A stretch of 64,000 nucleotides of DNA, taken from positions 1,022 through 65,021 of the forward strand of contig JADGPU010000002.1 of assembly GCA_017882305.1 (NCBI GenBank). The letters are read 5' to 3'. Shown in pieces: positions 34,671-44,014 of the stretch. This stretch comes from Bacteroidales bacterium (GTDB lineage Bacteria; Bacteroidota; Bacteroidia; Bacteroidales; VadinHA17). Below the pieces are notes generated by a model. That model was not told the DNA's origin. It ran no database searches and was given only the letters and a program-made list of their open reading frames with translations. The position numbers and the translations under genes are program-made. The stretch's first letter is position 1, and each line of letters opens with the position of its first letter.

Positions 34671-35393
34671 CTACCTTGGGATGCCAGCCAGATCGCGTAT
34701 TACTACCGAAGCGCATGCAATTCCGAACGAAGCAGGCATATATGAGATAGTACCTACTATTGAAGCCTTATTCTGTTCGCCATTTGTTGCAATTATCTTC
34801 GTTTTATCAATTACTTCAGGAGAATATACTGCAGTAAATCCTTCACTGATTCCCAGCCGATGCAGTCGTTTTCTCAATATCCTGGCGAGTGAACAATCGG
34901 TTGTTTCTGAAATATCGGAAATATTTACCTTTGCAGGATCAAATTTTCCACCTGCTCCCATCGAACTTACAAGAGGAAGATTTCTTTGCAAGCTGTTAAA
35001 AATAAGAAATATCTTAGGCGATAAAGTATCGATAGCATCGACCACATAATCAAAACCTTTGTCAATAATCTCTATCATCCTGTCATCTTTTATATATTCC
35101 TGAATGACAGTGAGTTTGATATCAGGGTTTATGTCCATTATTCTTTGCCCCATAACCTCGGCTTTGGCCAGGCCTTCGGTACTCTTAAGTGCTGGCAGCT
35201 GTCTGTTCCTGTTAGTGGGATGAATATGGTCGCCGTCAACTATTGTCATCGATCCTACACCCGACCTGCAGATCATCTCGGCTGCATAGGCACCTACTCC
35301 TCCTAAACCTACAACCAGCACATTAGCGTTCTTAAGTTTTATCAGCTTCTCGCTATCCAGAAGTAATTCTGTCCTTTTCAGCCAATCATACAT
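34671..35393 (-). CDS. tcdA: tRNA threonylcarbamoyladenosine dehydratase (ThiF/E1-like)
   Basis: The 240-aa ORF has VLVVGLGGVGAYAAEMICRSGVG...DGD...NRNRQ. Size and motifs fit TcdA/CsdL. Confidence 0.75.
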   Translation of the reverse strand: MYDWLKRTELLLDSEKLIKLKNANVLVVGLGGVGAYAAEMICRSGVGSMTIVDGDHIHPTNRNRQLPALKSTEGLAKAEVMGQRIMDINPDIKLTVIQEYIKDDRMIEIIDKGFDYVVDAIDTLSPKIFLIFNSLQRNLPLVSSMGAGGKFDPAKVNISDISETTDCSLARILRKRLHRLGISEGFTAVYSPEVIDKTKIIATNGEQNKASIVGTISYMPASFGIACASVVIRDLAGIPR

Positions 35394-35405
35394 ATATTGA
35401 AATTT

Positions 35406-36080
35406 TTATTTAAAAAAATTATCAAAATTAGACAGAACAATGGATTTTAACTTATCTACAGATATCTTAAGATCGGATGCAACTTTGGTATAAACTGCTC
35501 TGATATCGACATCTGCTCCATCAGTTTCAAGAAATATCCTATCCGCTGGCAAGCGTCTTAACAGATTGCGTGACTCAGGTCTGAGAACAAAATCAAACCA
35601 GAATGAAAGATACATTCCTTTCGATAACAGTTGAGCTGCAAGTTCCATGTTTCCCCTGAATCCATGGACAAGCCATGGCATTTTTGGTTTTAGTTTTTTT
35701 TTAACTGATAAAAGTTCGTCCCATGCCCTTACGCAATGAATGATAACGGGTTTCCCTGATGCTTCCGAAATGGCCACCTGTTCTTCAAACGTTATGCGTT
35801 GAAGCTCAATAGAAGGTCCTCTCAGCCTGTCAAAACCAGCTTCACCAATAGCTATTACATCGGGATGATTGATTGAATTTTCAACAGAAATTATAAGTTG
35901 TTTATGATTATCTTCATTAAGGAACCATGGATGTATACCATAAGTGTATGAGACTCCTGAAACCTCTGCAGGTAATTTATCTTCATGTGCCATCAGGCTT
36001 TCGAGGATAAATATTCCTGAAACGGGTGTACCGCCATGAATATGGATATCAATATAGTCTCCGGGTTGCGGAAGATACAT
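35406..36080 (-). CDS. TatD-family metal-dependent hydrolase
   Basis: The 224-aa ORF has DIHIHG, IGEAGFD, IIHCV and ETD blocks, the TatD-type amidohydrolase fold. Confidence 0.7.
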   Translation of the reverse strand: MYLPQPGDYIDIHIHGGTPVSGIFILESLMAHEDKLPAEVSGVSYTYGIHPWFLNEDNHKQLIISVENSINHPDVIAIGEAGFDRLRGPSIELQRITFEEQVAISEASGKPVIIHCVRAWDELLSVKKKLKPKMPWLVHGFRGNMELAAQLLSKGMYLSFWFDFVLRPESRNLLRRLPADRIFLETDGADVDIRAVYTKVASDLKISVDKLKSIVLSNFDNFFK

Positions 36081-36085
36081 CTCTT

Positions 36086-37594
36086 TTATTTGCTTAACAG
36101 ACTAACTCCTTTGTCAATACGTTTCAGGGTTTCATCCTTACCGATCCAGCTGATAATATCAAATATATGAGGGCCTCTCAGCGCACCGACAATTACCAGC
36201 CTGAAGGCGTTCATTATTGCTCCGGTGTTATAGCTATTTTTCTCAATCCATGCTTTAATAACCGATTCAGTATCTGCAGCGGAAAAATCAACCATATTCT
36301 CAAGCAGTGATCTTAATTCCGTGAGAATTACTGCAGAATCCTCTTTCCAATGTTTCTTAACAACTTCCTGATCATAAGATTCAGGGGTTTTAAAAAAGAA
36401 ATCAGTTTGTTCCCAGATATCCTTCACAAAACTTACCCTCTCTTTTACCAATCCAACAAGTGCTTCAAGTTTAACGATATCATCTTGATAACCATGTGCT
36501 CTCAGAAACTCTCTGAATTCCAAAGCAAGCTGATTATTAGTCTTTTTTTGAAGGTATTGGTGATTAAACCATTTTGCCTTTTCAGGGTCAAAACGGGAAC
36601 CTGATTTGCCGACTCTGTCAATTGAAAAGGTACTAATCAGTTCATCCATTGAAAATATTTCATGTTCAGTTCCCGGATTCCAGCCCAACAATGCAAGCAT
36701 ATTAATAAATGCTTCGGGATAATATCCATCCTCTCGATAACCCTTTGCTGTTTCACCATAAGGCCAGAAAAGAGGAAAGACAGGAAATCCCATTTTATCT
36801 CCGTCGCGTTTGCTTAGTTTACCTTTTCCATCGGGTTTCAGCAGCAAAGGCAGGTGGGCAAAATGAGGCGGGTCCCAACCAAATGACCGATATAGTATAA
36901 TATGAAGCGGTAATGAAGGCAGCCACTCTTCCCCCCGGATTACATGGCTTATCTCCATCAGATGATCATCAACTATGAATGCCAGATGATAAGTCGGCAT
37001 GCCGTCGGATTTGATTAAAACTTTATCATCAAGGGTTCCGGTATTTACAACTATATGTCCGCGGATAATATCATCAAAATGGATATCCTCGTTAAATGGC
37101 ATTTTGTACCTGATAACATAAGGCTCTCCTTTATCAAGTTTCTCCCTCCATTCAGTTTCCTTTAAAGAGACTGAGTTAATCAGTTTTTCTCTTACTTCAG
37201 CATTATAAACAAAAGTCTTTCCTGCTTTTTCTGATTCTCCTCTCAGAGATTCAAGTTTTTCGGGAGTATCAAAAGCATAATAGGCATCACCTTTATTTAT
37301 AAGGATATCTGCGTATTGCTTGTAAATTGCTTTCCGGTCGCTTTGGCGATAAGGACCATAATTTCCACCCTCCCTGATTCCTTCATCAACTACTATTCCG
37401 CACCATTCAAGCGATTCCATAATATATTCTTCGGCACCTTCTACGAATCTTACCTGATCGGTATCTTCGATCCTTAAGATAAAAGTACCGCCATTCTTTT
37501 TTGCGAAAAGATAGTTGTAAAGAGCAGTTCTTACACCTCCGATATGGAGGGGTCCTGTAGGACTTGGGGCAAAACGCACTCGTACTTGTTCCAT
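36086..37594 (-). CDS. gltX: glutamate--tRNA ligase
   Basis: The ORF track gives 36086-37651. The start is placed at MEQVRVRFAPSPTGPLHIGG (HIGH motif). A KLSKR motif is present (GKLSKRDGD). Confidence 0.95.
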   Translation of the reverse strand: MEQVRVRFAPSPTGPLHIGGVRTALYNYLFAKKNGGTFILRIEDTDQVRFVEGAEEYIMESLEWCGIVVDEGIREGGNYGPYRQSDRKAIYKQYADILINKGDAYYAFDTPEKLESLRGESEKAGKTFVYNAEVREKLINSVSLKETEWREKLDKGEPYVIRYKMPFNEDIHFDDIIRGHIVVNTGTLDDKVLIKSDGMPTYHLAFIVDDHLMEISHVIRGEEWLPSLPLHIILYRSFGWDPPHFAHLPLLLKPDGKGKLSKRDGDKMGFPVFPLFWPYGETAKGYREDGYYPEAFINMLALLGWNPGTEHEIFSMDELISTFSIDRVGKSGSRFDPEKAKWFNHQYLQKKTNNQLALEFREFLRAHGYQDDIVKLEALVGLVKERVSFVKDIWEQTDFFFKTPESYDQEVVKKHWKEDSAVILTELRSLLENMVDFSAADTESVIKAWIEKNSYNTGAIMNAFRLVIVGALRGPHIFDIISWIGKDETLKRIDKGVSLLSK

Positions 37595-37730
37595 ATTATG
37601 GGTAAACCGGTTTATGTAAATGCAAATATAGACAAACCCGATTACATACAATACTATAACGAAAATCAGGTTTTGAACTCCGGATTTGTATTACTTTTGC
37701 ATTTATTTTATTTTTTTGTTTATGGATAAG

Positions 37731-38756
37731 ATGAAAGCACTTGTTAAAGCCAGACCCGAAAAAGGTTTATGGATGCTGGAGGTTCCGGTTCCTGAACCGG
37801 GCCTTAATGATGTAATAATAAAGGTCAGGAAGTCTGCAATATGTGGCACCGATCTCCATATTTATGAGTGGGATGAATGGTCGAAAAAAACAATCCGGAC
37901 TCCAATGGTTATTGGTCATGAGTATATGGGTTATATCGAAAAGATGGGTGCCGGAGTGACCAATCTCACAATTGGGGAAAGAGTTACCGGGGAAGGCCAT
38001 CTGGCTTGCGGTCATTGTCGCAATTGTCGCCGCGGGAAGGAGCATGTATGTGAAAACACTGTTGGAATAGGAGTGCATATCGATGGATCATTTGCAGAAT
38101 ATGTGAAAGTACCTGCCGTAAACGTCATTCCGCTCGATCACAGAATTCCTGACGAATGGGCCGCAATTATGGATCCTTTCGGAAATGCAACTCATACCGC
38201 TTTATCGTTTCCATTGATTGGTGAAGATGTTCTGATTACCGGATCGGGGCTGATTGGCAGTATGGCCGTTGCAATAGCAAAATTTGCCGGTGCAAGATTT
38301 ATTGTCGCCAGCGACCTAAGCGAAGCACGTCTTGAAATTGCTAAAAAGATGGGAGCTACTCTTACTGTCAATCCGTCAAAAGGAGAGAAAATCTCAGATG
38401 CTGTTAAAAAGCTGGGGATGAGAGGATTTGACATCGGACTTGAAATGTCCGGATCTCCCAGGGCATTCGTGGAGATGCTCAATAACATGTACAATGGTTC
38501 CAGTATCTCATTACTTGGAATACTCCCATCAAATTTCGAGGTTCCATGGAGTGATATCATTTTCAAGGCAATAACTTTAAAGGGAATATATGGCCGCGAG
38601 ATGTGGGAAACCTGGTATAAGATGGAGCAAATGATAATCGGGGGAATAGATTTAAATCCTGTTATAACACACCGGTTCTCAATTGATGATTTTCAGAAGG
38701 GATTTGATGAGATGGAAAAGGGCAATTGCGGAAAAGTTATCTTAAACTGGGATTAA
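37731..38756 (+). CDS. tdh: L-threonine 3-dehydrogenase (Zn-dependent)
   Basis: The ORF track gives 37686-38756. The start is placed at MKALVKARPEKGLWM, as in characterised Tdh. GHEYMGYI and the structural-Zn motif CGHCRNCRRGKEHVC are present. It is followed by kbl. Confidence 0.9.
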   Translation: MKALVKARPEKGLWMLEVPVPEPGLNDVIIKVRKSAICGTDLHIYEWDEWSKKTIRTPMVIGHEYMGYIEKMGAGVTNLTIGERVTGEGHLACGHCRNCRRGKEHVCENTVGIGVHIDGSFAEYVKVPAVNVIPLDHRIPDEWAAIMDPFGNATHTALSFPLIGEDVLITGSGLIGSMAVAIAKFAGARFIVASDLSEARLEIAKKMGATLTVNPSKGEKISDAVKKLGMRGFDIGLEMSGSPRAFVEMLNNMYNGSSISLLGILPSNFEVPWSDIIFKAITLKGIYGREMWETWYKMEQMIIGGIDLNPVITHRFSIDDFQKGFDEMEKGNCGKVILNWD

Positions 38757-38773
38757 CTAATAATATAAAGATT

Positions 38774-39964
38774 ATGTATAATAATTATCAGAATCATTTA
38801 GTTAAGATTATTGACGAGATTAAAGAAGCAGGTTTATATAAGAATGAGCGTATTATCGTATCTCCACAGGGTGCCGAAATTGAACTGAACACGGGACAGA
38901 AAGTATTGAATTTCTGTGCAAATAATTACCTGGGACTTTCTAATAATCCATTACTTATTGAAGCAGCAAAAGCATCTCTTGACGATCATGGTTATGGAAT
39001 GTCGTCGGTAAGATTTATCTGTGGTACTACCGATCTCCATAAGGAACTTGAGAAAAAGATCGCAGAGTTTTTCAGCACTGAAGAAACGATTCTTTATGCT
39101 GCCTGTTTTGACGCTAATGGCGGAGTTTTTGAACCTCTTCTGACTGAAGAGGATGCAATTATTTCTGATTCCCTTAACCATGCTTCGATTATTGACGGTA
39201 TCCGTCTTTGCAAAGCCCAGCGCTACAGATATGAAAACGCTGATGTGGCAGATCTCGAAAAACAGCTTCAACTTACTCATAATCAGCGATTCAGACTTAT
39301 AGTAACCGATGGAGTATTTTCTATGGACGGGAATGTAGCACCTCTTGACAAAATTGTAGAACTGGCAAATAAATACAATGCCATGGTAATGGTCGACGAA
39401 TCACACTCAGCAGGAGTAGTAGGAAAGACTGGAAGAGGAGTAACCGAACTTTTTAATATTAAAGGAAAGGTGGAAATCATTACAGGGACACTTGGAAAAG
39501 CCTTCGGTGGTGCAATTGGTGGGTTTACCACGGGCAAAAAAGAGATTGTCGAGATTTTGAGACAAAGGTCAAGGCCCTATCTCTTCTCAAACTCTATCCC
39601 CCCTATGGTCGCAGCAGCGGGTATCAGGATGATTGAGATGATAACAGAAACTAATGTACTTCAGGATAAACTTCATTACAATTCTGATTACTTTATTGCC
39701 GGTATGAAAAATCTGGGTTTCGATATAAAGCCTACCAAATCAGCAATTTGTGCAGTGATGCTTTATGATGCAAGATTATCTCAGGACTTTGCAGCAAGAC
39801 TTTTACAAGAAGGTATATATGTTATCGGATTCTATTTCCCTGTCGTACCAAAAGGTCAGGCAAGAATCAGGGTCCAGCTTTCTGCAGGTCATGAAAAGGA
39901 ACATCTGGATAAAGCAATCAGGGCTTTCGAAAAGATCGGTAAGGAACTCGGTGTAATAAAATAA
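38774..39964 (+). CDS. kbl: glycine C-acetyltransferase (2-amino-3-ketobutyrate CoA ligase)
   Basis: The ORF track gives 38726-39964. The start is placed at MYNNYQNHL. It has alpha-oxoamine synthase blocks (NNYLGL, DESHSAG) and the PLP-Lys block TGTLGKAFGG. The tdh-kbl pairing supports the call. Confidence 0.9.
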   Translation: MYNNYQNHLVKIIDEIKEAGLYKNERIIVSPQGAEIELNTGQKVLNFCANNYLGLSNNPLLIEAAKASLDDHGYGMSSVRFICGTTDLHKELEKKIAEFFSTEETILYAACFDANGGVFEPLLTEEDAIISDSLNHASIIDGIRLCKAQRYRYENADVADLEKQLQLTHNQRFRLIVTDGVFSMDGNVAPLDKIVELANKYNAMVMVDESHSAGVVGKTGRGVTELFNIKGKVEIITGTLGKAFGGAIGGFTTGKKEIVEILRQRSRPYLFSNSIPPMVAAAGIRMIEMITETNVLQDKLHYNSDYFIAGMKNLGFDIKPTKSAICAVMLYDARLSQDFAARLLQEGIYVIGFYFPVVPKGQARIRVQLSAGHEKEHLDKAIRAFEKIGKELGVIK

Positions 39965-39966
39965 TT

Positions 39967-40044
39967 CATCAGCGAAAATCTGCGTGATCATCGGGAATAA
40001 GTTTAAATGGTTTCCGAGCAGATTTCGCTGATTAACGCTGATTG
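39967..40044. repeat. dyad element built from ATCAGCG/CGCTGAT words (possible terminator of kbl)
   Basis: The left arm catcagcgaaaatctgcg pairs with the right arm gcagatttcgctgat (about 15 bp with one bulge, ~33-nt loop). The word is reiterated as cgctgattaacgctgatt, 11-nt period. Confidence 0.55.
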
Positions 40045-40074
40045 AAAATTGTTTGTATTTATATCTCAGTGGAA

Positions 40075-40959
40075 ATGAACAAATACTTCTTCCCAATATA
40101 CAGGATACTGGTTCCAAAGCCATTGAGGACGATTATTTTGAAAATAAACCTTCGGAATAAAATCCTTAATTATTTTACCTCCTTACCGGAAAATGAGGTT
40201 AATGATGAGCAAAAAGAGGTACTTAAATACCTTGAGAACAATAAGATCAGGATATTTCCATATCCTTTTCATAACAATTATTCCCCGGAGAAGATTGAAG
40301 TAATGTATGACAGGGAAAATGATATGCGATATGTTTTGCAGGAAGGGAAACGTTTATATTTTAAAAAACGCTGGAATGAGAAAAGGATTAGAAGGTCCTA
40401 TTGCGATCTCATGAGGGAGCAGGATCCGGATAGTCCTCACAGGTATCTGACTGATTCATTTACAATTGGGAAGGATGACGTATTAGCTGATATCGGAGCT
40501 GCCGAGGGCAACTTTTCATTGGCTGTAATAGAAAATATCAGAAAGGTCTACCTGTTTGAATATGACCCTGAGTGGATAGAGGCACTCAGGGCCACGTTTG
40601 CACCGTGGTCAGAAAAAGTTGAGATTATTAATAGGTATGTATCTGATCACAATGATGCATCACATATCAGGTTCGATACTTTTTTTGAAAATAAAAAAGA
40701 TGTCACGTTTCTAAAGATTGATGTTGACGGTGCTGAATCGGTTGTTTTAAATAGTTGTAATGATGTATTCAATGCCCATGAGTCTTTTAAGATAGCACTA
40801 TGTACCTATCATAAGAATAATGATGAGAAAGATTTTACATTATTGCTTAATGATTACAGGTTCAGAATTGGCCCTTCAAAGGGATATATGATTAATTATT
40901 ACGACAAAAAAATGAAAGCCCCATACCTTCGAAGAGGGTTGATCAGGGCAGTAAGATAA
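40075..40959 (+). CDS. FkbM-family methyltransferase
   Basis: The ORF track gives 40042-40959 (TTG start). An ATG at MNKYFFPIYRI is more likely. ADIGAAEGNFSL and FLKIDVDGAE are the two FkbM (Methyltransf_21) signature blocks. Confidence 0.7.
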   Translation: MNKYFFPIYRILVPKPLRTIILKINLRNKILNYFTSLPENEVNDEQKEVLKYLENNKIRIFPYPFHNNYSPEKIEVMYDRENDMRYVLQEGKRLYFKKRWNEKRIRRSYCDLMREQDPDSPHRYLTDSFTIGKDDVLADIGAAEGNFSLAVIENIRKVYLFEYDPEWIEALRATFAPWSEKVEIINRYVSDHNDASHIRFDTFFENKKDVTFLKIDVDGAESVVLNSCNDVFNAHESFKIALCTYHKNNDEKDFTLLLNDYRFRIGPSKGYMINYYDKKMKAPYLRRGLIRAVR

Positions 40960-41029
40960 AAAAAGGTGCTCCGAAGAGCACCCGCTGATTTATGATAATT
41001 CCCAAAACCTGGGACCCCATAATAAAAAT

Positions 41030-43663
41030 CTAACCGCATTTGGATGATCCGCAATCTTTGCAGATCAGACATCCCTCCTCGTAGACAAGGTTGCCTGAAC
41101 CACATTCTCCGCATTTGCCTTTTGCTTTCGTTCCGTTTGGTATATATTTTTTCAATGCTCTTTCAACTCCATTCTTCCAGTTATTAATCGACTCACTGTC
41201 AAGCTTTAATGATGTTACCAGATTAACCACATCCTGGATTGGCATTTCATGTCTTAAAACACCTGAAATAAGTTTCGCATAATTCCAGAACTCCGGCTTA
41301 AACATGTGTGAAAGACCTTCAATATTCTTCTTATAACCTATTTTGTCGGTGTATTGGAAATCATAACGTGTCTTTCCGTCCTCATCCTTGATTTTAATGA
41401 TTTTACCTTTTATGATGCTTTTAGGAATAGGAAATATCTCCTCGTCTGCAATACCTGTAAAGATCTCATAAGGACGGCTCTCTTTCAATCCAACAAAAGC
41501 GACCCATTTCTCTTCATTTATATTAAACCTGATAACATCACAGTCAAGAACTTTTGGCCGTTTTGGCCTTTCTGGCCTCACTTCTGTTTTTCCTGCGATA
41601 AGTACTCCGTTTCTTGATCCGTCGCGATATACTGTGGCTCCTTTGCATCCCGATTTCCAGGCTGTCAGATAAAGTTCGCTTACCAGTTCTTCCTTTGCTT
41701 CGGCAGGAAGGTTTATAGTAACACTTATTGAATGGTCAACCCATTTCTGAATTGCACCTTGCATCTTGACTTTAGCAATCCAATCTACATCATTTGCCGT
41801 GGCTTTATAGTAGGGTGATTTTGCAATTATTGATTCAATCTCCTCGTCTCCCATTCTGGTAACTTCATCGGTATCGTACCCGTTCAGTTTAAGCCAGTCG
41901 ACAAATTTATGATGGAAAACATTAAATTCTTCCCAGCAATCGCCAACCTCATCCTTAAATGTCACCTTTACATCCAGATCATTAGGGTTAACCTTTCTTC
42001 TTCTTTTGTAGAAAGTGGAAAATATCGGCTCGATTCCGGAAGTTGTCTGTGTCATAAGGCTTGTGGTGCCTGTCGGGGCAATTGTAAGCAGTGCTATGTT
42101 TCTTCTCCCGAATTTAACCATGTTGTTATACATAACATGATCTGCCTCTTTCATCCTTAAAATAAAAGGGTTGTTTTTTTCCCGTTCGGCATTATAAATT
42201 GCAAAAGCTCCTCGCTCTTTTGCAAGGTATGTTGATGCCTTGTAGGCTTCGAGTGCCAGTGTTTTATGTACTTCGACCGAGAAATTTGTAGCATCATCGC
42301 TGCCATATCTCATCCCAAGACCCGCCAGCATATCTCCTTCTGCCGTTATTCCAATTCCGGTCCTTCGTCCCTCTTCTGATTTTTTTCTTATGTTACTCCA
42401 GAGGCTTTTCTCCACACGTTTTAATTCTTCAACCTCGGGATCTGCTTCTATTTTTGCAAGAATTACATCGATCTTTTCAAGTTCAAGATCAATAATGTCA
42501 TCCATCATGCGTTGAGCCAATCCTACATGTTCTTTATATAAGTCAAAGTCAAATTCAGCTTTGTCGGTAAATGAATTGTTGACATAACTGTACAGGTTAA
42601 TTGCCAGCAGACGGCAACTGTCGTATGTGCACAGAGGAATTTCACCGCATGGATTTGTTGAAACTGTTGCATATCCCAGATCGCTATAACAATCGGGAAC
42701 ACTTTCTCTGATTATTGTATCCCAGAACAATACTCCTGGCTCGGCTGATTTCCATGCGTTATGTATAATCTTGCTCCAGAGCTGAACCGCATCTATATCT
42801 TTTGCAAATTTTGGCTTGACAGAATTAATAGGATATTGTTGTCTGAAAAGTGTTTTGTTTTCAACCGCTTTCATAAAATCGTCGGTCAGTTTAACTGAGA
42901 CATTCGCACCTGTAACTTTCCCGCTCTCAAGCTTGGCATCTATGAATTTCCCCGAGTCAGGGTGTTTGATTGATATAGACAGCATAAGTGCACCCCTTCT
43001 GCCATCCTGTGCTACTTCGCGTGTTGAGTTGGAATATCTTTCCATGAAAGGCACCACACCCGTGGAAGTGAGAGCGCTGTTAAGCACAGGAGTACCTTTC
43101 GGTCTTATGTGCGACAGGTCGTGACCTACACCACCCCGACGTTTCATAAGTTGTACCTGCTCCTGGTCGATTTTCATAATTCCTCCGTACGAATCTGATG
43201 ATCCATCGTTGCCAATCACAAAACAGTTCGATAATGAAGCAATCTGGTAATCATTCCCGATACCTGTCATTGGGCCTCCCTGAGGAACAATATATTTGAA
43301 ATCTTTGAGAACATTATAAATCAACTCTTCAGAAAGCGGGTTTTTATATTTCATCTCTACCCGGTGTATTTCACGAGCCAGTCTGTGATGCATATCGTCG
43401 GGTGACTTCTCATACAGGTTCCCGAATGAATCCTTTAAAGCATATTTGTTTGCCCATACTCTTGCGGCAAGTTCATCGCCATTGAAATACTGAATACTTT
43501 CTTCAACAGCTTCTTCATGAGAATAAACAACTTTTTCAGGTCCTCGATTCTTAGACTTTTCAATATTTTTCCCTTCACCTGTTTTCTGAACCTCAGGTGC
43601 TGAATTCTGGTTCTTTGCTTTTTCAGTTGCAATAGCTGATTCCTGGACAAATAATTCTTCCAT
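41030..43663 (-). CDS. nrdJ: class II (adenosylcobalamin-dependent) ribonucleotide reductase
   Basis: 877-aa ORF with the active-site block VSTNPCGEIPL, TIAPTGTTS, and a C-terminal Cys-rich tail CGECGSGNLVYEEGCLICKDCGSSKCG. It is a single subunit with no nrdB-like partner. Confidence 0.9.
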   Translation of the reverse strand: MEELFVQESAIATEKAKNQNSAPEVQKTGEGKNIEKSKNRGPEKVVYSHEEAVEESIQYFNGDELAARVWANKYALKDSFGNLYEKSPDDMHHRLAREIHRVEMKYKNPLSEELIYNVLKDFKYIVPQGGPMTGIGNDYQIASLSNCFVIGNDGSSDSYGGIMKIDQEQVQLMKRRGGVGHDLSHIRPKGTPVLNSALTSTGVVPFMERYSNSTREVAQDGRRGALMLSISIKHPDSGKFIDAKLESGKVTGANVSVKLTDDFMKAVENKTLFRQQYPINSVKPKFAKDIDAVQLWSKIIHNAWKSAEPGVLFWDTIIRESVPDCYSDLGYATVSTNPCGEIPLCTYDSCRLLAINLYSYVNNSFTDKAEFDFDLYKEHVGLAQRMMDDIIDLELEKIDVILAKIEADPEVEELKRVEKSLWSNIRKKSEEGRRTGIGITAEGDMLAGLGMRYGSDDATNFSVEVHKTLALEAYKASTYLAKERGAFAIYNAEREKNNPFILRMKEADHVMYNNMVKFGRRNIALLTIAPTGTTSLMTQTTSGIEPIFSTFYKRRRKVNPNDLDVKVTFKDEVGDCWEEFNVFHHKFVDWLKLNGYDTDEVTRMGDEEIESIIAKSPYYKATANDVDWIAKVKMQGAIQKWVDHSISVTINLPAEAKEELVSELYLTAWKSGCKGATVYRDGSRNGVLIAGKTEVRPERPKRPKVLDCDVIRFNINEEKWVAFVGLKESRPYEIFTGIADEEIFPIPKSIIKGKIIKIKDEDGKTRYDFQYTDKIGYKKNIEGLSHMFKPEFWNYAKLISGVLRHEMPIQDVVNLVTSLKLDSESINNWKNGVERALKKYIPNGTKAKGKCGECGSGNLVYEEGCLICKDCGSSKCG

Positions 43664-43956
43664 ATATTTTTGTTATTCTCTGATTTTAATGAGATTAAAC
43701 GGCCACTGATTTTCGAAGCGGATAATCGCTAAATTAAACAAGCGCTCCAGTGAATGCAAGCGTAAAAATTTAAGTTTATTAACATTTGGTAGAATAGTTA
43801 TTAACTATTATATATGTACTTGATTTTAATTTAGTTAACAACTATCTGCCTATCATATAAACAATTATTATCTGTGAAAGTTCAAAGCTGATATCAAAAT
43901 TTAGGGACCTATTGACTTGTATAAACTTTATTATCAATTTTTTTAAAAAAACCAGT

Positions 43957-43991
43957 AAAAAAAGGGAGGCGTCAGAATCTGACAGCCTCCC
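43957..43991 (-). terminator. rho-independent terminator of the TonB-dependent receptor gene
   Basis: On the minus strand, gggaggc-tgtcag-att-ctgac-gcctccc is followed by seven T residues. It begins ~25 nt after the stop at 44015. Confidence 0.75.
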
Positions 43992-44014
43992 TATGAAAAA
44001 TCAAAAATATAATT

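Noticed and set aside
34519-35049. 176-aa plus-strand ORF bridging the GT39 and tcdA genes.
   Set aside because: It runs antisense to both well-supported minus-strand genes and has no recognisable domain.
38192-38566. 124-aa minus-strand ORF inside tdh.
   Set aside because: It is an antisense shadow of a gene with unambiguous Tdh motifs.
43702-43708. GCCACTG, the core of the cobalamin-riboswitch B12 box, in the nrdJ upstream region.
   Set aside because: It is on the plus strand, whereas nrdJ and the receptor gene are both on the minus strand. No other riboswitch elements are visible around it, so it is most likely a chance 7-mer.
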